Below are positions 12,273 through 25,507 of a stretch of 64,000 bases of DNA, one piece after another (within the stretch, counting starts at the first letter, position 1; each line of letters begins with the position of its first letter). This DNA is from Malacoraja senta (Eukaryota), in the NCBI GenBank assembly GCA_038087875.1, contig CM075995.1, positions 684,001 through 748,000 of the forward strand, read 5' to 3'. The translations under genes and the position numbers were made by a program. Under the pieces are notes generated by a model. It worked only from the letters and a program-made list of their open reading frames with translations. It was not told the DNA's origin and made no database searches.

Positions 12273-15026
12273 AAGGTGTCTACCGTGTTGCCGCACGTCC
12301 TGTATATTAGAGGGCATTTTACAGAGAGTGCAAGTAGTGATGGCGGCACAGTGGCGCAGCTGGTGGAGCTGCTCCCCACACAGCGCCGGAGTCCCGGGTT
12401 CGATCCCCACCTTGACTTCTGCCTGTGTGGAGTTTGCACGTCCTCCCTGTGACCGTGTGGGTTTCCTCCGGGTGCTCCGGTTTCCTCAAAGACGTGCGGG
12501 TTTGTAGGTTAACTGGCCCTCTGTAAATCATCCCTAGTGTGTAGGGAGCGGATGCGAAACTGGGATAACATAGAAGGTTAAGAGGGGACTTGATAGAGGT
12601 CTTTAAAATTATGAGCGGGTTAGACAGAGTGGACGTGGATAAGCTTTTCCCATTGAGAGTAGGGAAGATTCAAACAAGGGGACATGACTTGAGAATTAAG
12701 GGACAGAAGTTTAGGGGGAACATTAGGGGGAACTTCTTTACTCAGAGAGTGGTAGCTGTGTGGAATGAGCTTCCAGTGGAAGTGGTGGAGGCAGGTTCGA
12801 TGTTATCCTTTAAAAATAGATTGGATGGGTATATGGACGGGAAAGGAATGGAGGGTTATGGGCTGAGTGCAGGTAGATGGGACTAGGGGGAAGTATTTAT
12901 TTTTAATTAAAAAAAATTAAAAAAAAATAAAAAAATGTTCGGCACGGACTTGAAGGGCCGAGATGGCCTGTTTCCGTGCTGTTATGGTTATATGGTTATA
13001 TGGTTAACTGGTGTGACCGGGTGATCGATGGACGGCAAAGACTCAGTGAACTGTTTCCATGCTGTGTCTCTAAACTAGCCTAATCTAAACGACTGCATTG
13101 ATTGAATAGATTCAAGATTCAAGAGAGTTTATTGTCATGTGTCCCAGATAGGACAATGAAATTCTTGCTTTGCTTCAACACAACAGAATATAGTAGGCAT
13201 AAATAAATACAGAACAGAACAGATCAGTGTGTCCATATACCGATGAATATATATATATACACACATAAATAAACAAGCAGATAAAAGTGCAATGGGCTAT
13301 TAACGATCAGAGTTTTGTTTGAGTTGAGTTTAATAGCCTGATGGCTGTGGGGAAGAAGCTATTTAGTTTAGTTTAGAGATACAGCACGGAAACAGGCCCT
13401 TCGGCTCACCGGGTCGTCGACCAGCGATCCCCGCACGTTAACATTATCCTACACCCACTAGGGACAGTTTTTACATTTACCAAGCCAATTAACCTACAAA
13501 CCTGTACGTCTTAGGATTGTGGGAGGAAACCGAAGATCTCGGAGGAAACCCACGCAGGTGACGGGGAGAACGTACAAACTCCATACAGACAGCGCCCGTA
13601 GTCGGGATCGAACCCGAGTCTCCGGCGCTGCATTCGCTGTAAGGCAGCAACTCTACCGCTGCGCCAGGCACTTTTATTTGTCGACAAAAATATGCATATA
13701 ACAGTTCACACATTGCTATTGGCTGCTGTACATCATTCTATTCTTCTTTTTTGTTAGAGATGCATACAGTCATGAAAAACATTGCTTTCAGATGATATCT
13801 GGAGTATTGTGTACAGTTTTGGTTTCCTAATTTGAGGAAGGACATCCTTGTGATTGAGGCAGTGCATTCAACTCCCCTCAGTGCCCAGCGGTCCCGGAAA
13901 TCCCCCAGGATGCCCGTGGACAGGGCGTAGTCCCTCTCTAGCACCACCCGGGCACGGACGTAACCCCGGAAGCCAGATGGAGCATCTTGGCATGGACAAT
14001 TTGGCTGAAGGGCCTGTATGGCTCTGACACTCTGAGTTCCTCCAGTACTTTTGTGCCTACGTTGTACATGCAAGAGTATTTTGGCCGGCATGGATAAAGT
14101 GGGCTGGGAGACAAGTTGCGTGGAAACAAGGGACTGCAGATGCTGGTGACATGAAAGGACACAAAGTGCTGGAGCAACTCCAACAATTATGCGGCGATTA
14201 TGATGAGAGGGAGAGCTACTGCCTTACAGCGCCAGGGACCCGGGTTCGATCCTGACCACGGGGGCTGTCTGTACAGAGTTTGTACCTTCTCTCCATGACC
14301 TGCGTGGGGTTTCCTCCCACACTCCAAAGACGTGCAAGTGTGTAGTTTAATTGGCAATTGTCCCTAGTGTGTGTGTGGGATAGTGTTGGTGTGCGGGGAG
14401 TCGCTGGTCGTCGCGGACTCGGTGGGCCGAAGGGCCTGTTTCCGCGCTGTACTTCTAAACTAAACTAAGCGTTCAGGCAGCATCTCTGCAGAATGGGTAA
14501 TCATCCCATGGATAGGTGACGTTTCGGCTCACGACCCTGCTTCAGACTGATTACAAGACTAACAAGTAGTTTACATGTTGCTGTACCCACTAAAAAGAAC
14601 ACAATTACACACGCAGGAAACATTGTGTCTATCTTCAATGGTCAGACCGCATGCGGCCTACAGCGGCGGAGGACACCACGGCCACGCCTGGCCAGGTCGA
14701 AGCTGCGACGTCGCCATGACAACGGGCCTTCACGGTCAGGCCAAGAACCTTGCACTTACAATAACTGGGGCTTGAAAATGGCACCAAACCTGTCTACTGT
14801 CTCAGTGCACTACGCTCCGCTTGCAGTGTATCTGAGATGCTTATCCAAGATGTATCTGAGTGCGTATGTACAGTGATACATGTACTGAGCTGCATACAGA
14901 AATGAATTTCACTGTACCTCGGTACATTGGAATTGGCCTCACCTGCCTTCTTAGGGCTAACGGAATCAAGGTATAAGGGGAATAAGCAGGAACGGGTTAC
15001 TGATTTTGGATGATCAGCCATGATCA

Positions 15027-15420
15027 TTTTTTTTTGTATCAAAAAATAATTTATTTCATTTCAACATGACACAAAAACCAAAAACCGTGGTGACATACCC
15101 ACCACCATGTTACAAAATCATCAAACAACTATGTCACAAATATTCTAATACCTACTATACAACCCCGGTAAAGGGGCAAGCATCGGGCTCGGGCAAAGCC
15201 CTCTTCCGCCTGGCACCGTGTCTCGCGGATGGCCAGCCTGGCCAGGCCGAGGAGCAACCCAACCAGGACATCTTCAGCCCTGCCCACTCCCTAGATCCCG
15301 TCACAAGTCCTTCGGTCACTGACAGCAGAGCCCCTCCTCCCCTTGCGGACCCTAGGTGGAGTGGCGGTGCTCCTTGCCCTCCGGTCCCTGGCTACAAGGG
15401 ACGCTCTACTGGTCCCTCTA
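15027..15420 (-). mobile_element. L1/Tx1-type LINE 3' fragment with poly(A) end
   Basis: Minus strand DVLVGLLLGLARLAIRETR; poly-T on the + strand at 15027; flanking repeats AGCCATGATCA (15016-26) and AGCCATGACCA (15421-31). A related fragment at 13868-13975 reads FRGYVRARVVLE..FRDRWA. Confidence 0.65.
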
Positions 15421-15701
15421 AGCCATGACCATATTGAATGGCGATGCTGGCTCAAAGGGCCTATTTTCTATGTTTCAACACGTGACAAATAAAGTGCCAC
15501 ACCACGTTGTAAGCTAGCCGAGCGGAACACGAGGTGCTATTACTGCTGTTGTTATCCATTCTGTTGTTGAGCTTTTCAACAGCCCGTTATGTCAATGACA
15601 TTTGATGGCCAGCGTGTATCTGTTTCAAGGCAGAGTTAAATTGACCTTCACAGGAGTGAGGAGTGGTTGTGGATCTTCACAGCACACATGCAGTTACCTA
15701 C

Positions 15702-15779
15702 CTCTAGGGGCTGCTGGTGCTTACAGGCCATCATCAGGAAGGTTCTCTGGGCTTCAAACGCTGCCTTAAATACCTCTGC
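15702..15779 (-). CDS. CAP2: CAP2 third coding exon
   Basis: ctccaacag|GCA GAG ... CCC CTA GAG|gtaggt gives AEVFKAAFEAQRTFLMMACKHQQPLE. 78 nt, phase 0-0. AFxAQRxFLxMA resembles CAP2 (AFQAQRAFLLMA) rather than CAP1. Confidence 0.93.
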
Positions 15780-17089
15780 CTGTTGGAGGAACAGAACAAA
15801 GTACCAATCAGACAAAATGGAACAGATAAACAGTTTAGTCTATTGTCACGGGAGCAGTGAAAAGCTTTTGTAGCATGCTAACCTGTAGCGGAAAAACCAT
15901 ACATAGAAACATAGAAAATAGGTGCAGGAGGAGGCCATTCGGCCCTTCGAGCCATTCATTGTGATCATGGCTGATCGTCCCCTATCAATAACCCGTGCCT
16001 GCCTTCTCCCCATATCCCTTGATTCCACCAGCCCCTGGAGCTCTATCTAACTCTCTCTTAAATCCATCCAGTGACTTGGCCTCCACTGCCCTCTGTGGCA
16101 GGGAATTCCACAAATTCACAACTCTCTGGGTGAAAACGTTTTTTCTCACCTCAGTCCTAAATGGCCTCCCCTTTATTCTAAGACTGTGGCCCCCTGGTTC
16201 TGGACTCGCCCAACATTGGGAACATTTTCCTGCATCTAGCCTGTCCAGTCCTTTTATAATTTCTCTGGGTGAAGAATGATTATAATCGAGCCATCCACAG
16301 TGGACAGATACAAATTAAGGAAATAACGTTTAGTGCAAGGTAAAGCCAGCAAAGTCCGATCTAAGACAGTCCGATGAGGTAGATAGTAGTTCAGGACTGC
16401 TCTCTGGTTGTGGTAGGATGGTTCAGTTGCCTGATAACAGCTGGGAAGAAACTGTCCCTGAATCTGGAGGTGTGCGTTTTCACACTTTTATATCTTTTGC
16501 CCGATGGGAGAGGGGAGGAGTGGCCAGGGTGCGTCTCGTCCTTGATTATGCTGCTGGCCTTGCCCAGGCAGCGTGAGGTGTAGATGGAGTCAATGGAAGG
16601 GAGGTTGGTTTGCGTGATGGTCTGGGCTGCGTCCACAATTCGCAGTAATTTTTTTATATGGAGCTGTTATATGGAGCTGTTCTACGCCAGGTTGTACTAA
16701 GAACGGGTCCCCCATCGATTCTCCGGCACCCTTGGTTCCAGAGCTCTCCGGATTATCCGGACCGACAGAGGCCATGGCCTGGGGGGTGGGCGAGATACCG
16801 GATACAGGTCGGCCTCGGAAGTCGGCTATGGGAACAGATCTGCCGGCTCCAGCCAGGCCGGACTTCCAGAGCCCCGGCCGTAGGGAGCAAATACCATCGG
16901 CCGTGGAAGTCTGGATGAGGTCGAGATCGGCCGCCTCACCCGGCCTAGGCGACACATTTTTGGGGGGACTTTTGGGGTGCGATGATTTCAGGTGCGCTCT
17001 CGTGATTTTGCTCGGATTAAAAGGGGTGCTGGCCCACCATAGCGCCTGGAAACAGGCCCTTCGGCCCAACTTGCCCACACCGACCAACA

Positions 17090-17620
17090 TAAGTGATAGG
17101 AGCAGAATTAGGCCATTCAGCCCGTCAAGTCTACTCTGTCATTCAATCATGTCTGATCCATCTCTCCTAACCCCATTCTCCTGCCTTCTCCCCATAACCC
17201 CTGACACCCGTACTAATCAAGAATCTATCTATCTCTGCCTTTAAAATATCCATTGATTTGGCCTCCACAGCCTTCTGTGGCATTGAATTCCACAGATTCA
17301 CCACCCTCTGACTAAAGACATTTCTCCTCATCTCCATCCTAAAGGAACATCCTTTAATTCTGAGGCTGTGATCTCTGCTCGTAGATTCTCCCACTCTGGT
17401 CCTAAACATGGTCTCCACATCCACTCTATCCAGGCCTTTCACAATTTGATAAGTTCCAATAAGGACCCCCCTCATCCTTCTAAACTCCAGCGAGTACAGG
17501 CCCAGTGCCATCAAACATTCATCTTATGCTAACCCACTAATTCCTGGGATCATTCTCGTAAACCCCCTCTGGACCCTCTCCAGAGCCAGCACATCCTCCC
17601 TCAGTTATGGGGCCCAAATT
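17090..17620 (-). mobile_element. CR1-clade LINE 3' fragment
   Basis: LGLYSLEFRRMRG...FSQRVVNLWNS.P...GVRGYGEKAGEWG. Confidence 0.85.
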
Positions 17621-18030
17621 AGCTCCGAACATTACACTACACTAGTGCCTGCGTTTGGCGGGACTAGTGTAGATGGGACATGCTTTCGTCAGTATGGGCA
17701 AGTTGGGCCAAAGGGCCTGTTTCCACACTCTATGGCTCTATCTCCAATTGCCAGAAAATCTGTGGTTAAAAAAAAATCATGGACCAATTTCTTCACCCTA
17801 TGAACACTAACCATTGAAGTTGTCCCACCAGTTCATTTCAACAAACTTAATGTGCATCTGTCTCCGGCATATTATTCTTGACGGATCCCAGATGAACAAA
17901 GTTATACCAAATACCACATACCACAGGGAGATTAGAAAAGGCTGCACAGACAGCTGGGAATGTGAAACCTCATCTTCCATACTTACACCTTTCACCACCT
18001 ATATCCTCAAAGAAAGAGGCAATTTTCATT

Positions 18031-18826
18031 TGGGCGGCACAGTGGCGCAGCAGTAGAGTTGTGCCTTACAGCGCCGGAGACCCGGGTTTGATCCTGACTA
18101 CGGGTGCTTGTCTGTACGGAGTTTGTACGTTCTCCCTGTGACCGCATGGGTTTTCTCCGGGAGCTCCTGTGGGTTCCCTCTCACATTCCAAAGACGTACA
18201 GGTTTGTCGGTTACATGGCTTCGGTAAGAATCGTAAATTGTACCCTAGTGTGTAGGATAGTGTTAGCGTCCGGGCGTGATCGCTGGTCGGCGAGGACCCG
18301 GTGGGCCGAAGGGCCCGTTTCCACATTGTACCTTTAAACTAAACTGAACTAAAAATTTATGTTCATCTCTAAAAGCCATTTCCTTTTAGTCAGTGGATTA
18401 GAGGAAACGTCACCATTTCAGAAACATTACTGCACAATAACACTCGGTACATATTTGAGAATCAGATGAAAAGGCAACACAATATTCTTCCTGCAATGAT
18501 TCAATGATACTTAATTGTCACGTATACTTTTAGTTTAGTTTAGAGATACAGCGTGGAAACAGGCCCTTCGGCCCACCGGGACCGCGCCGACCAGCGATCC
18601 CCGCACATTATCCTACACACACTAGAGGCAATTTTTACATTTACCAACCCAATTAACCTTCAAACGTCTTTGGAGTGTGGGAGGAAACCGAAGATCTCGG
18701 TGAAATCCCACGCGGTCACAGGGAGAACGTACAAACTCCGTACAGACAACGCCCATAGTCAGGATGGAACCCGGGTCTCCGGCGCTGCATTCGCTGTAAG
18801 GCAGCAACTCTACTGCTGCGCCATCG
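18031..18826. mobile_element. Two SINEs tail-to-tail (18031-18352 plus, 18530-18826 minus)
   Basis: A/B boxes and tails visible for both copies. Confidence 0.85.
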
Positions 18827-20469
18827 TACAGTGAAATGCTTTGCTTTGCATACAACCTGGTAAAATCATGTAGCAGACCTCACCTCGGCAGCACACAAGA
18901 GTCACCACGTTTTGGCGTCGACAAAGTTACGAAAGTCTGTCCAAACAAATAACTTTGATTGAATTGAATGAAAGATACAGGCATGGAAACAGGCCCTTTG
19001 GCCCACCGAGTCCCCGCCGTCACTCGTTCTATATTGTCCCACTTTTACATCCACAAGGGACAAATCACAGCATCCAATTAACCTACACATTGCAACAAAT
19101 TGTGGACGCAGCCTAGACCATCACGCAAACCAACCTCCCTTCCACTGACTCCATCTACACCTCACGCTGCCTCGGCAAGGCCAGCAGCATAATCAAGGAC
19201 CAGTCGCACCCCGGCCACTCCCTCTTCTCACCTCTCCCATCAAGCAAAAGCTATAGAAGTGTGAAAACGCACACCTCCAGATTCAGGGACAGTTTCTTCC
19301 CAGCTGTTATCAGGCACCCGGACCATCCTACCAACAACCAGAGAGCAGTCCTGAACTACCATCGGACTATCTTTGATCAGACTTTACTGGCTTTACCTTG
19401 CACTAAACTTTATTCCCTTATCATGTATCTGTACACTATGAATGGCTCGACTATAATCATGTATTGTCTTTTCCGCTGGCTGGTTAGCAAGCAACAAGAG
19501 CTTTTCACTGCACCTCGGTACACGTGACAATAAACTAAACTGGACTACAAACCTGCACGTCTTTGGGAAACCAGAGCACGCGCGTGGTCAGAGGGATAAC
19601 ATGCAAACTCAACGCAGGTAGCTTCAGCAAATTTAGAGTAGGAAAGAAAATATTTAAAATAATTTATTATTTTCTCATATTTCCCTCTGACTTAAAGGAT
19701 CACATCATCTAAGACCTCAAGAAATTGCAGAGTTGTGGTCGTAGCCCAGACCACCGTACGAACGAGCCTCCCATCTACTGACTACATCTACAACTCACGC
19801 TGCCTCGGCAAGGCCACCAGTATTATCAGGGACCAGTCTCACCGAAGACTCCATTTCTCCTGCAACTCCAACCCCCCCTCCCACCCACAGATAGGACAGA
19901 ATTTTTATTTTTCCTTTCAAGAGCATAAAGTCTTCAGGCAAAAGACTGTAGGTTCAGCCCGTCGCGATCTTTAAACACAGTGCGGCACAGTGACTCAGAG
20001 TCGCAGAGTCGCTGCCTCACAGCACAGGAGTCCCGGGTTCAATCCTGACTACGGGTGCTGTCTGTACGGGTTCATGCGTTCTCCCCGTGACCTGCGTGGG
20101 TTTTCTCCGGGAGCTCCGGTTTCCCCCCACACTCCAAAGAGACATGCAGGTTTGTAGGCTAATTGGCTTATGTAATAGTGTACAGATACATGAAGACAGG
20201 GGTTTAGGAGATAATAATGGATACGTGTTCACGAGCTCTCCACGAGACATTCAATGCCGTCCAAAGATAAATCTTCAAAACCCCACAGTCTCTTAATTAA
20301 TAGTTTCTTTATTGCAGTAGTAAAAACAGTAAAATATTCATCCAAACTTCTTCTTGTTTAAGTACATTTTGATCTTATAGTCAAGCTCGTGCATGGAGGA
20401 ACTCGTGCATGGTGGAAAGCTGTGACCTCTCCCCCATGCTTCTTCAAACTAAAATAAAAACTGCTAGGG

Positions 20470-21000
20470 CAGGGGTGGGGACCTGCGCATGTGGCCTTCT
20501 CGGCCATTAAGTGCGGCCTTTTGAATGAATCCAAATTTTGTAGAACAAATCCTTTTATTTTTATTAATATGTTTTTAGACAATAGACAATAGACAATAGG
20601 TGCAGGAGTAGGCCATTCGGCCCTTCGAACCAGCACCGCCATTCAATGTGATCATGGCTGATCATCCCCAATCAGTACCCCGTTCCTGCCTTCTCCCCAT
20701 ATCCCCTGACTCCGCTATTTTTAAGAGATATTTTTAAAAGACAAATTTTTGTTCGTCTTTTATTATTTTTATTTTAATCTTAAAATGAACGCATTTAAAA
20801 TACCAAAGAATAAAAGAAGATTCAACGAAATAATCCTCCCCGACTGACGGCCACAATTAAAACATTAGTAAGTCACGAGAGCTATTTTAACAAAATAATG
20901 CACATTTTGAAGTATATCTAATTGAAGTTTCTTGGATGCGGCCTTATAAGATTACAGCTAACAATGCGGCATTCCAACATGAAAAGGTTCCCCACCCCTG
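20470..21000. mobile_element. hAT (Charlie-like) MITE containing a nested CR1 3' tail (~20576-20727)
   Basis: TIR CAGGGGTGGGGA / TCCCCACCCCTG; 8-bp flanks TGCTAGGG and TACTAGGG. Confidence 0.85.
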
Positions 21001-21504
21001 TACTAGGGCATCTGTGCGAGAATCCCAGCCGCAAACACACCTTGGACCACGTACAAATCCCACTCACATAATTACAGGCAGATAAAAGGTAACTGGTTAT
21101 AGTTATAACATACTGAGTTAAGCTAAATGGCTACTACATGGGGCGAAGGCAGGAGAATGGGGTTGAGAGGTAAAGATTGATCAGCCACGATTGAATGGTG
21201 GAGTAGACGATGGGCCGAATGGCCTAATACTGCTACTATAAATTATAACATAAACTTAAGTCTACTTCACCATTCAACCATGGCTAATCTACCTTTCCCT
21301 CTCAACCCCATTCTCCTGTCTTCTTCCCATAACTCCTGATACCTGTACTAACAAGAATCTATCAATCTCAGCCTTAAAATTATCCAATGATATTTTATTA
21401 TTTTTGTTAATTGTGTATTGTGTGTTCTTTTTATTGTACGGCGGCTGGCAAGTTCATTTCACTGCACTTCATTGTGTATGTGACTAATTAATCTGATTAT
21501 TGTC

Positions 21505-21990
21505 TATGACTTGGCCCCCACAGCCGTCCGTGGCAATGAATTCCACAGATTCACTGCTCTCTGACTGAAGAAATTCCTCCTCATTGCCTTTCTAAATGAA
21601 CGTCCTTTTATTCTGAGGTTATGGCCTCTGGTCCTAGACTCTCCCATTAGTGGAGACATCCTCTCCACATCCACTCCGTCAAGGCCTTTCACTATTCGGT
21701 TAGATTCATTGGAGTCCCCTTCAATCCTTCTAAACTCCAGCGAGTACAGGCCCAGCACCATCAAACACTCATCATATGTTAATCCAATCACCCCTGGGAT
21801 CATTCCCGAAAAGCTCCTCTGGACCCTCTCCAGAGCCAGCACAACCTTCCTCAGATGTGGAGGCCAAAACTGCTCACAATACTCCAAACGTGGTCTGACC
21901 CAGCTCCTCACAAAGCCGCAGAAATGACATCGCTGTATTTTGTATTCTAGCCCTCTCGAAATAAAGGGCAGCCTTGCATTCGCATCCTGT
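21505..21990 (-). mobile_element. CR1-clade LINE fragment
   Basis: VRPRLEYCEQFWPP...LERVQRSF...RTRGHNLRIKG. Confidence 0.85.
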
Positions 21991-24900
21991 GATGCAGATT
22001 CCACTGAACAACAAATGGTTGCCAGCTGACCAGTGTGAACTGCTATCAAACAGCCAGACAAAAAAAAACAAAAAGCTACTAAATCTCGTCAGCTCAGCTG
22101 ATCAAGCACTTAGACATGCAAGGGCATTTGCTGATGAGGCAAAGCATGTTATTTTAACGGCTAACTCATGGCTCAGACCATATTTAGAAGACGGTGTACC
22201 ATTCTGTGCCCTGTTCAAAGGGACACTGATGTATCGGAAAGAATTTGGAGAATGAGGAGTTGGCTGCCATTAATAGTCAAGGCTATACGATCTCCTTGGC
22301 AAAATTGCCTGCATAAATGTGTGGTTGAATGCATGGTCAGATGATCACATACTTTTGGTTTACGTTCTCTATTGGTAAGCTGCAGCCGGTTCACTGTTAG
22401 AACTTTACAGCAAAGAATTCCTATCATCCTGACCTCTTACACAATCCCGTTATAATTTTTGCTGTTAAGTAGTTATTCACTTTTTAAAGAGACATTGCAC
22501 ATCTCACCACAAGGGACGCTCTCGGTAAAAGAGTCCCCCGATTGAAATAGAAAGGGCTGCTTTTCTATCTTGGCCCTAGTAAATTCATAAGATAGAGGAG
22601 CAGAATTAGGCCATTCGGCCCATCAAGTCGACTCCACCATTTATCTTTCCCTCGCAACCCCATTCTCCCTCATTCACTCCAATCTATTCTTCCCATGATC
22701 TGATGAACAAGAACACAGCCTGACCTACTGGGTATTTCCAGCATCCCCCTTCGTTTCAGATATTCAGCAGCTCCACTTCCTTAGAAGGCTTAGAAAGTTT
22801 GGCATGTCCCCTACAACTCTCACCAGGTGCACCAGAGAAAGCATTTTATCAGCATGCATCACAGCGTGGTTTGGGAACAGCTCCATCCCACAAATTGCAG
22901 AGAATTGTGGACGCAGCCCAGACCATCACACAAACCAACCTCCCTTCTATTGACTCCATTTATACCTCACGCTGCCTCGGCAAGGCCAGCAGCATAATCA
23001 AGGACGAGTCCCCCCCCCCCTGGCCACTTCCTCTTCTCCCCTCTCCCATCGGGCAAAAGGTATAGAAGTGTGAAAACGCACACCTCCAGATTCAGGGACA
23101 GTTTCTTCTCAGCTGTTATCAGGCAACTGAGCCATCCTACCACAACCAGAGAGCAGTCCTGAACTACTGATCGGACTTTGCTGGCTTTGCCTTGCACTAA
23201 ATTTGATTCCCTTATCATGCATCTACACACTGTAAATGGCTCAATTGTAATCATGTGTTGTCTTTCTGCTGACTGGATATTCACTCTACCTCGGTACACG
23301 TGACAACTAAACTGAACAGAACTGAAGGTGTTTAAGAAGGAACTGCAGATGCTGGAAAATCGAAGGTAGACAGAAAGGCTGAAGAAACTCAGCGGGTGAG
23401 GCAGCATCTATGGAGCAAAGGAAATACTCAACATTTCGGGACGAGACTGACTGAAGGTGCAGTTTTCTGTATTACGCGGTTCCAACAGTATTTTTGCTCT
23501 CAACTTTATCCTCGGAGTCATCCAGCACGGAAACGGGCCCTTCGGTCCAACTTGTCCATGCCAACCAAGATGCCCCATCTACGCCAGTCCCAACTCCCCC
23601 CATTTGGCCCACTGACCCCGCCAAAGTGCAGCACATCACACTTGTCTGGATTGAATTCCATCTGCTACCGCTCTGTCCAATGTTCTAATTGATTCCTTCA
23701 CCAACATTCCTCATTATCGATGACTCCACCAATTTTCATGTTGTCAGCAAACTTACTCATCATTTACTCATCACTTGATCAGTGCGGGTGTCAGAGGTTA
23801 TGGGGAAGAGGCAGGAGAATGGGGTTAGGAGGGAGAGATAGATCAGCCATGATTGAATGGCGGTGTAGACTTGATGGGCCGAATGGCCTAATTCTACTCC
23901 TATCACTTAAGACCTTATCATACCTCCCACATTCTCGTCCAAGTTGTTTATACGTATTACAAACAACAAGGATGCCTGCACCAATCGCTGTGGTATACAA
24001 CTTCTTACAGACTTCAGTATTATTGTTGTCTTCAGTTCCTCCCTCCTTTATGCCCCTGAATTTGACCATTATTGGGATTTTTTTAGCATGTGGTACTCTG
24101 AAAAGACATGCAAAATATTTGTTTCCATATTCAATGCCTTTTCCTCAATAAAAGTTTTAATGTAACCGTGCATAAGGTCATAAAAGGTGCGGAATTAGGC
24201 CATTCGGCCCATCAAGTCTACTTCGCCATTCAATCATGGCCCCATCCCTCCGAACCCCATTCTCCTGCCTTCTCCCCATATCCCCTGACACCCATACTAA
24301 TCAAGAATCTATCTATCGCAGCTTTAAAATATCCATTGACCTGGCCCCCACAGCCTTCAGTGGCAAAGAATTCCACAGATTCGCCACCCGTTGACTGAAG
24401 AAATTCCTTCTCAACTCCTTCCAAGAGGAACGTCCTTTAATTCTGAGGCTGTGACCTCTAGTCCTAGACTCTCCCACTATTGGAAACATCCTCTGTGCAT
24501 GCATCCAGTTCCATGAAATGTTAACTCTGTTTCTCTCTCCTTGGTTGCTGCCTGACTTGTTAAGTCATAGAGTGATACAGTGTGGAAACAGGCCCTTTGG
24601 CCCAACTTGCCCACACCGACCAACATGTCCCATCTACACCCACCTGCCTGCGTTTGGCCCATATCCCTCTAAACCTGTGCTATCCATGTACCTGTCAAAT
24701 ACACCCTAGATCTCAAGATTACATTTGCCAATTTTATTTGTCCAATTCATATGGGCATTAAAGTCAAAATACAAAGTGCTGGAGGAACTCAGCGGGTCAG
24801 GCATTGTCTGGAGAGGAAATGAACAGACACCTTTTTCAGGTCGGGTCCATTCTTTATACCGATTGTAGTGGGGGGAGAAAGCTGGAAGAGAGAGGGCGGC

Positions 24901-25021
24901 ACAGCAGAAGGGATTGCTGCCTTTCAGCGGCAGAGACCCAGGTTCCATAGGGGTGCTGCCTGTATGGAGTTTGCACGTTCTCCCTGTGACCTGCGTCTGT
25001 TTTCTCCGAACGCTCCGGTTA

Positions 25022-25507
25022 CATACACAAATAAAAACATTTCTTCCATCGAACGTGTCCAAAGACAGGCAGCTCGATTTGTTACTAACACCTATGAGAG
25101 AGAAGCGAGTGTCACCAAACTTCTGAATTCTCTGGGGTGGAACCCTCTCCAAGACAGACCTGAAGCTCACCGTTTGACCTGTTTTTACAAAATGTTAAAT
25201 GGTCAGCTTGACATAGATTACAAAACCTACACCAAACCCAAACCAATTAGGAGCAGACGAGGGCATTCGATCCAATTTGTGATTCCAGCTACCAAGACAG
25301 ATGTGTACAGCAATTCATTCTTCCCCAGCACAATTAAAGCATGGAATAATCTCCACCCTACCATAGTTACCCAACCAGATGCAACTAAATTGAAGGTAGC
25401 TCTTTCTTCCCAAGAACCTTTTCTGGCTTAAGTCCTCCCTCCACCACCTCCAGTTTAAATTTCATTTGGAATATTTTGGAGGACCAAGAAACCAAGAACC
25501 AAGAACC
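25022..25507 (+). mobile_element. LINE 3' fragment (CR1/L2-group, distinct from the dominant family) inserted in a SINE
   Basis: IERVQRQAARFV...LLNSLGW..LQDR...SNSFFPSTIKAWNNL; 3' tail of CCAAGAA repeats; SINE sequence continues on both sides. Confidence 0.75.

Noticed and set aside
17975..18000. Minus-strand GTAAGT donor-like site as a misplaced CAP2 exon
   Set aside because: The upstream translation does not resemble any CAP2 segment.
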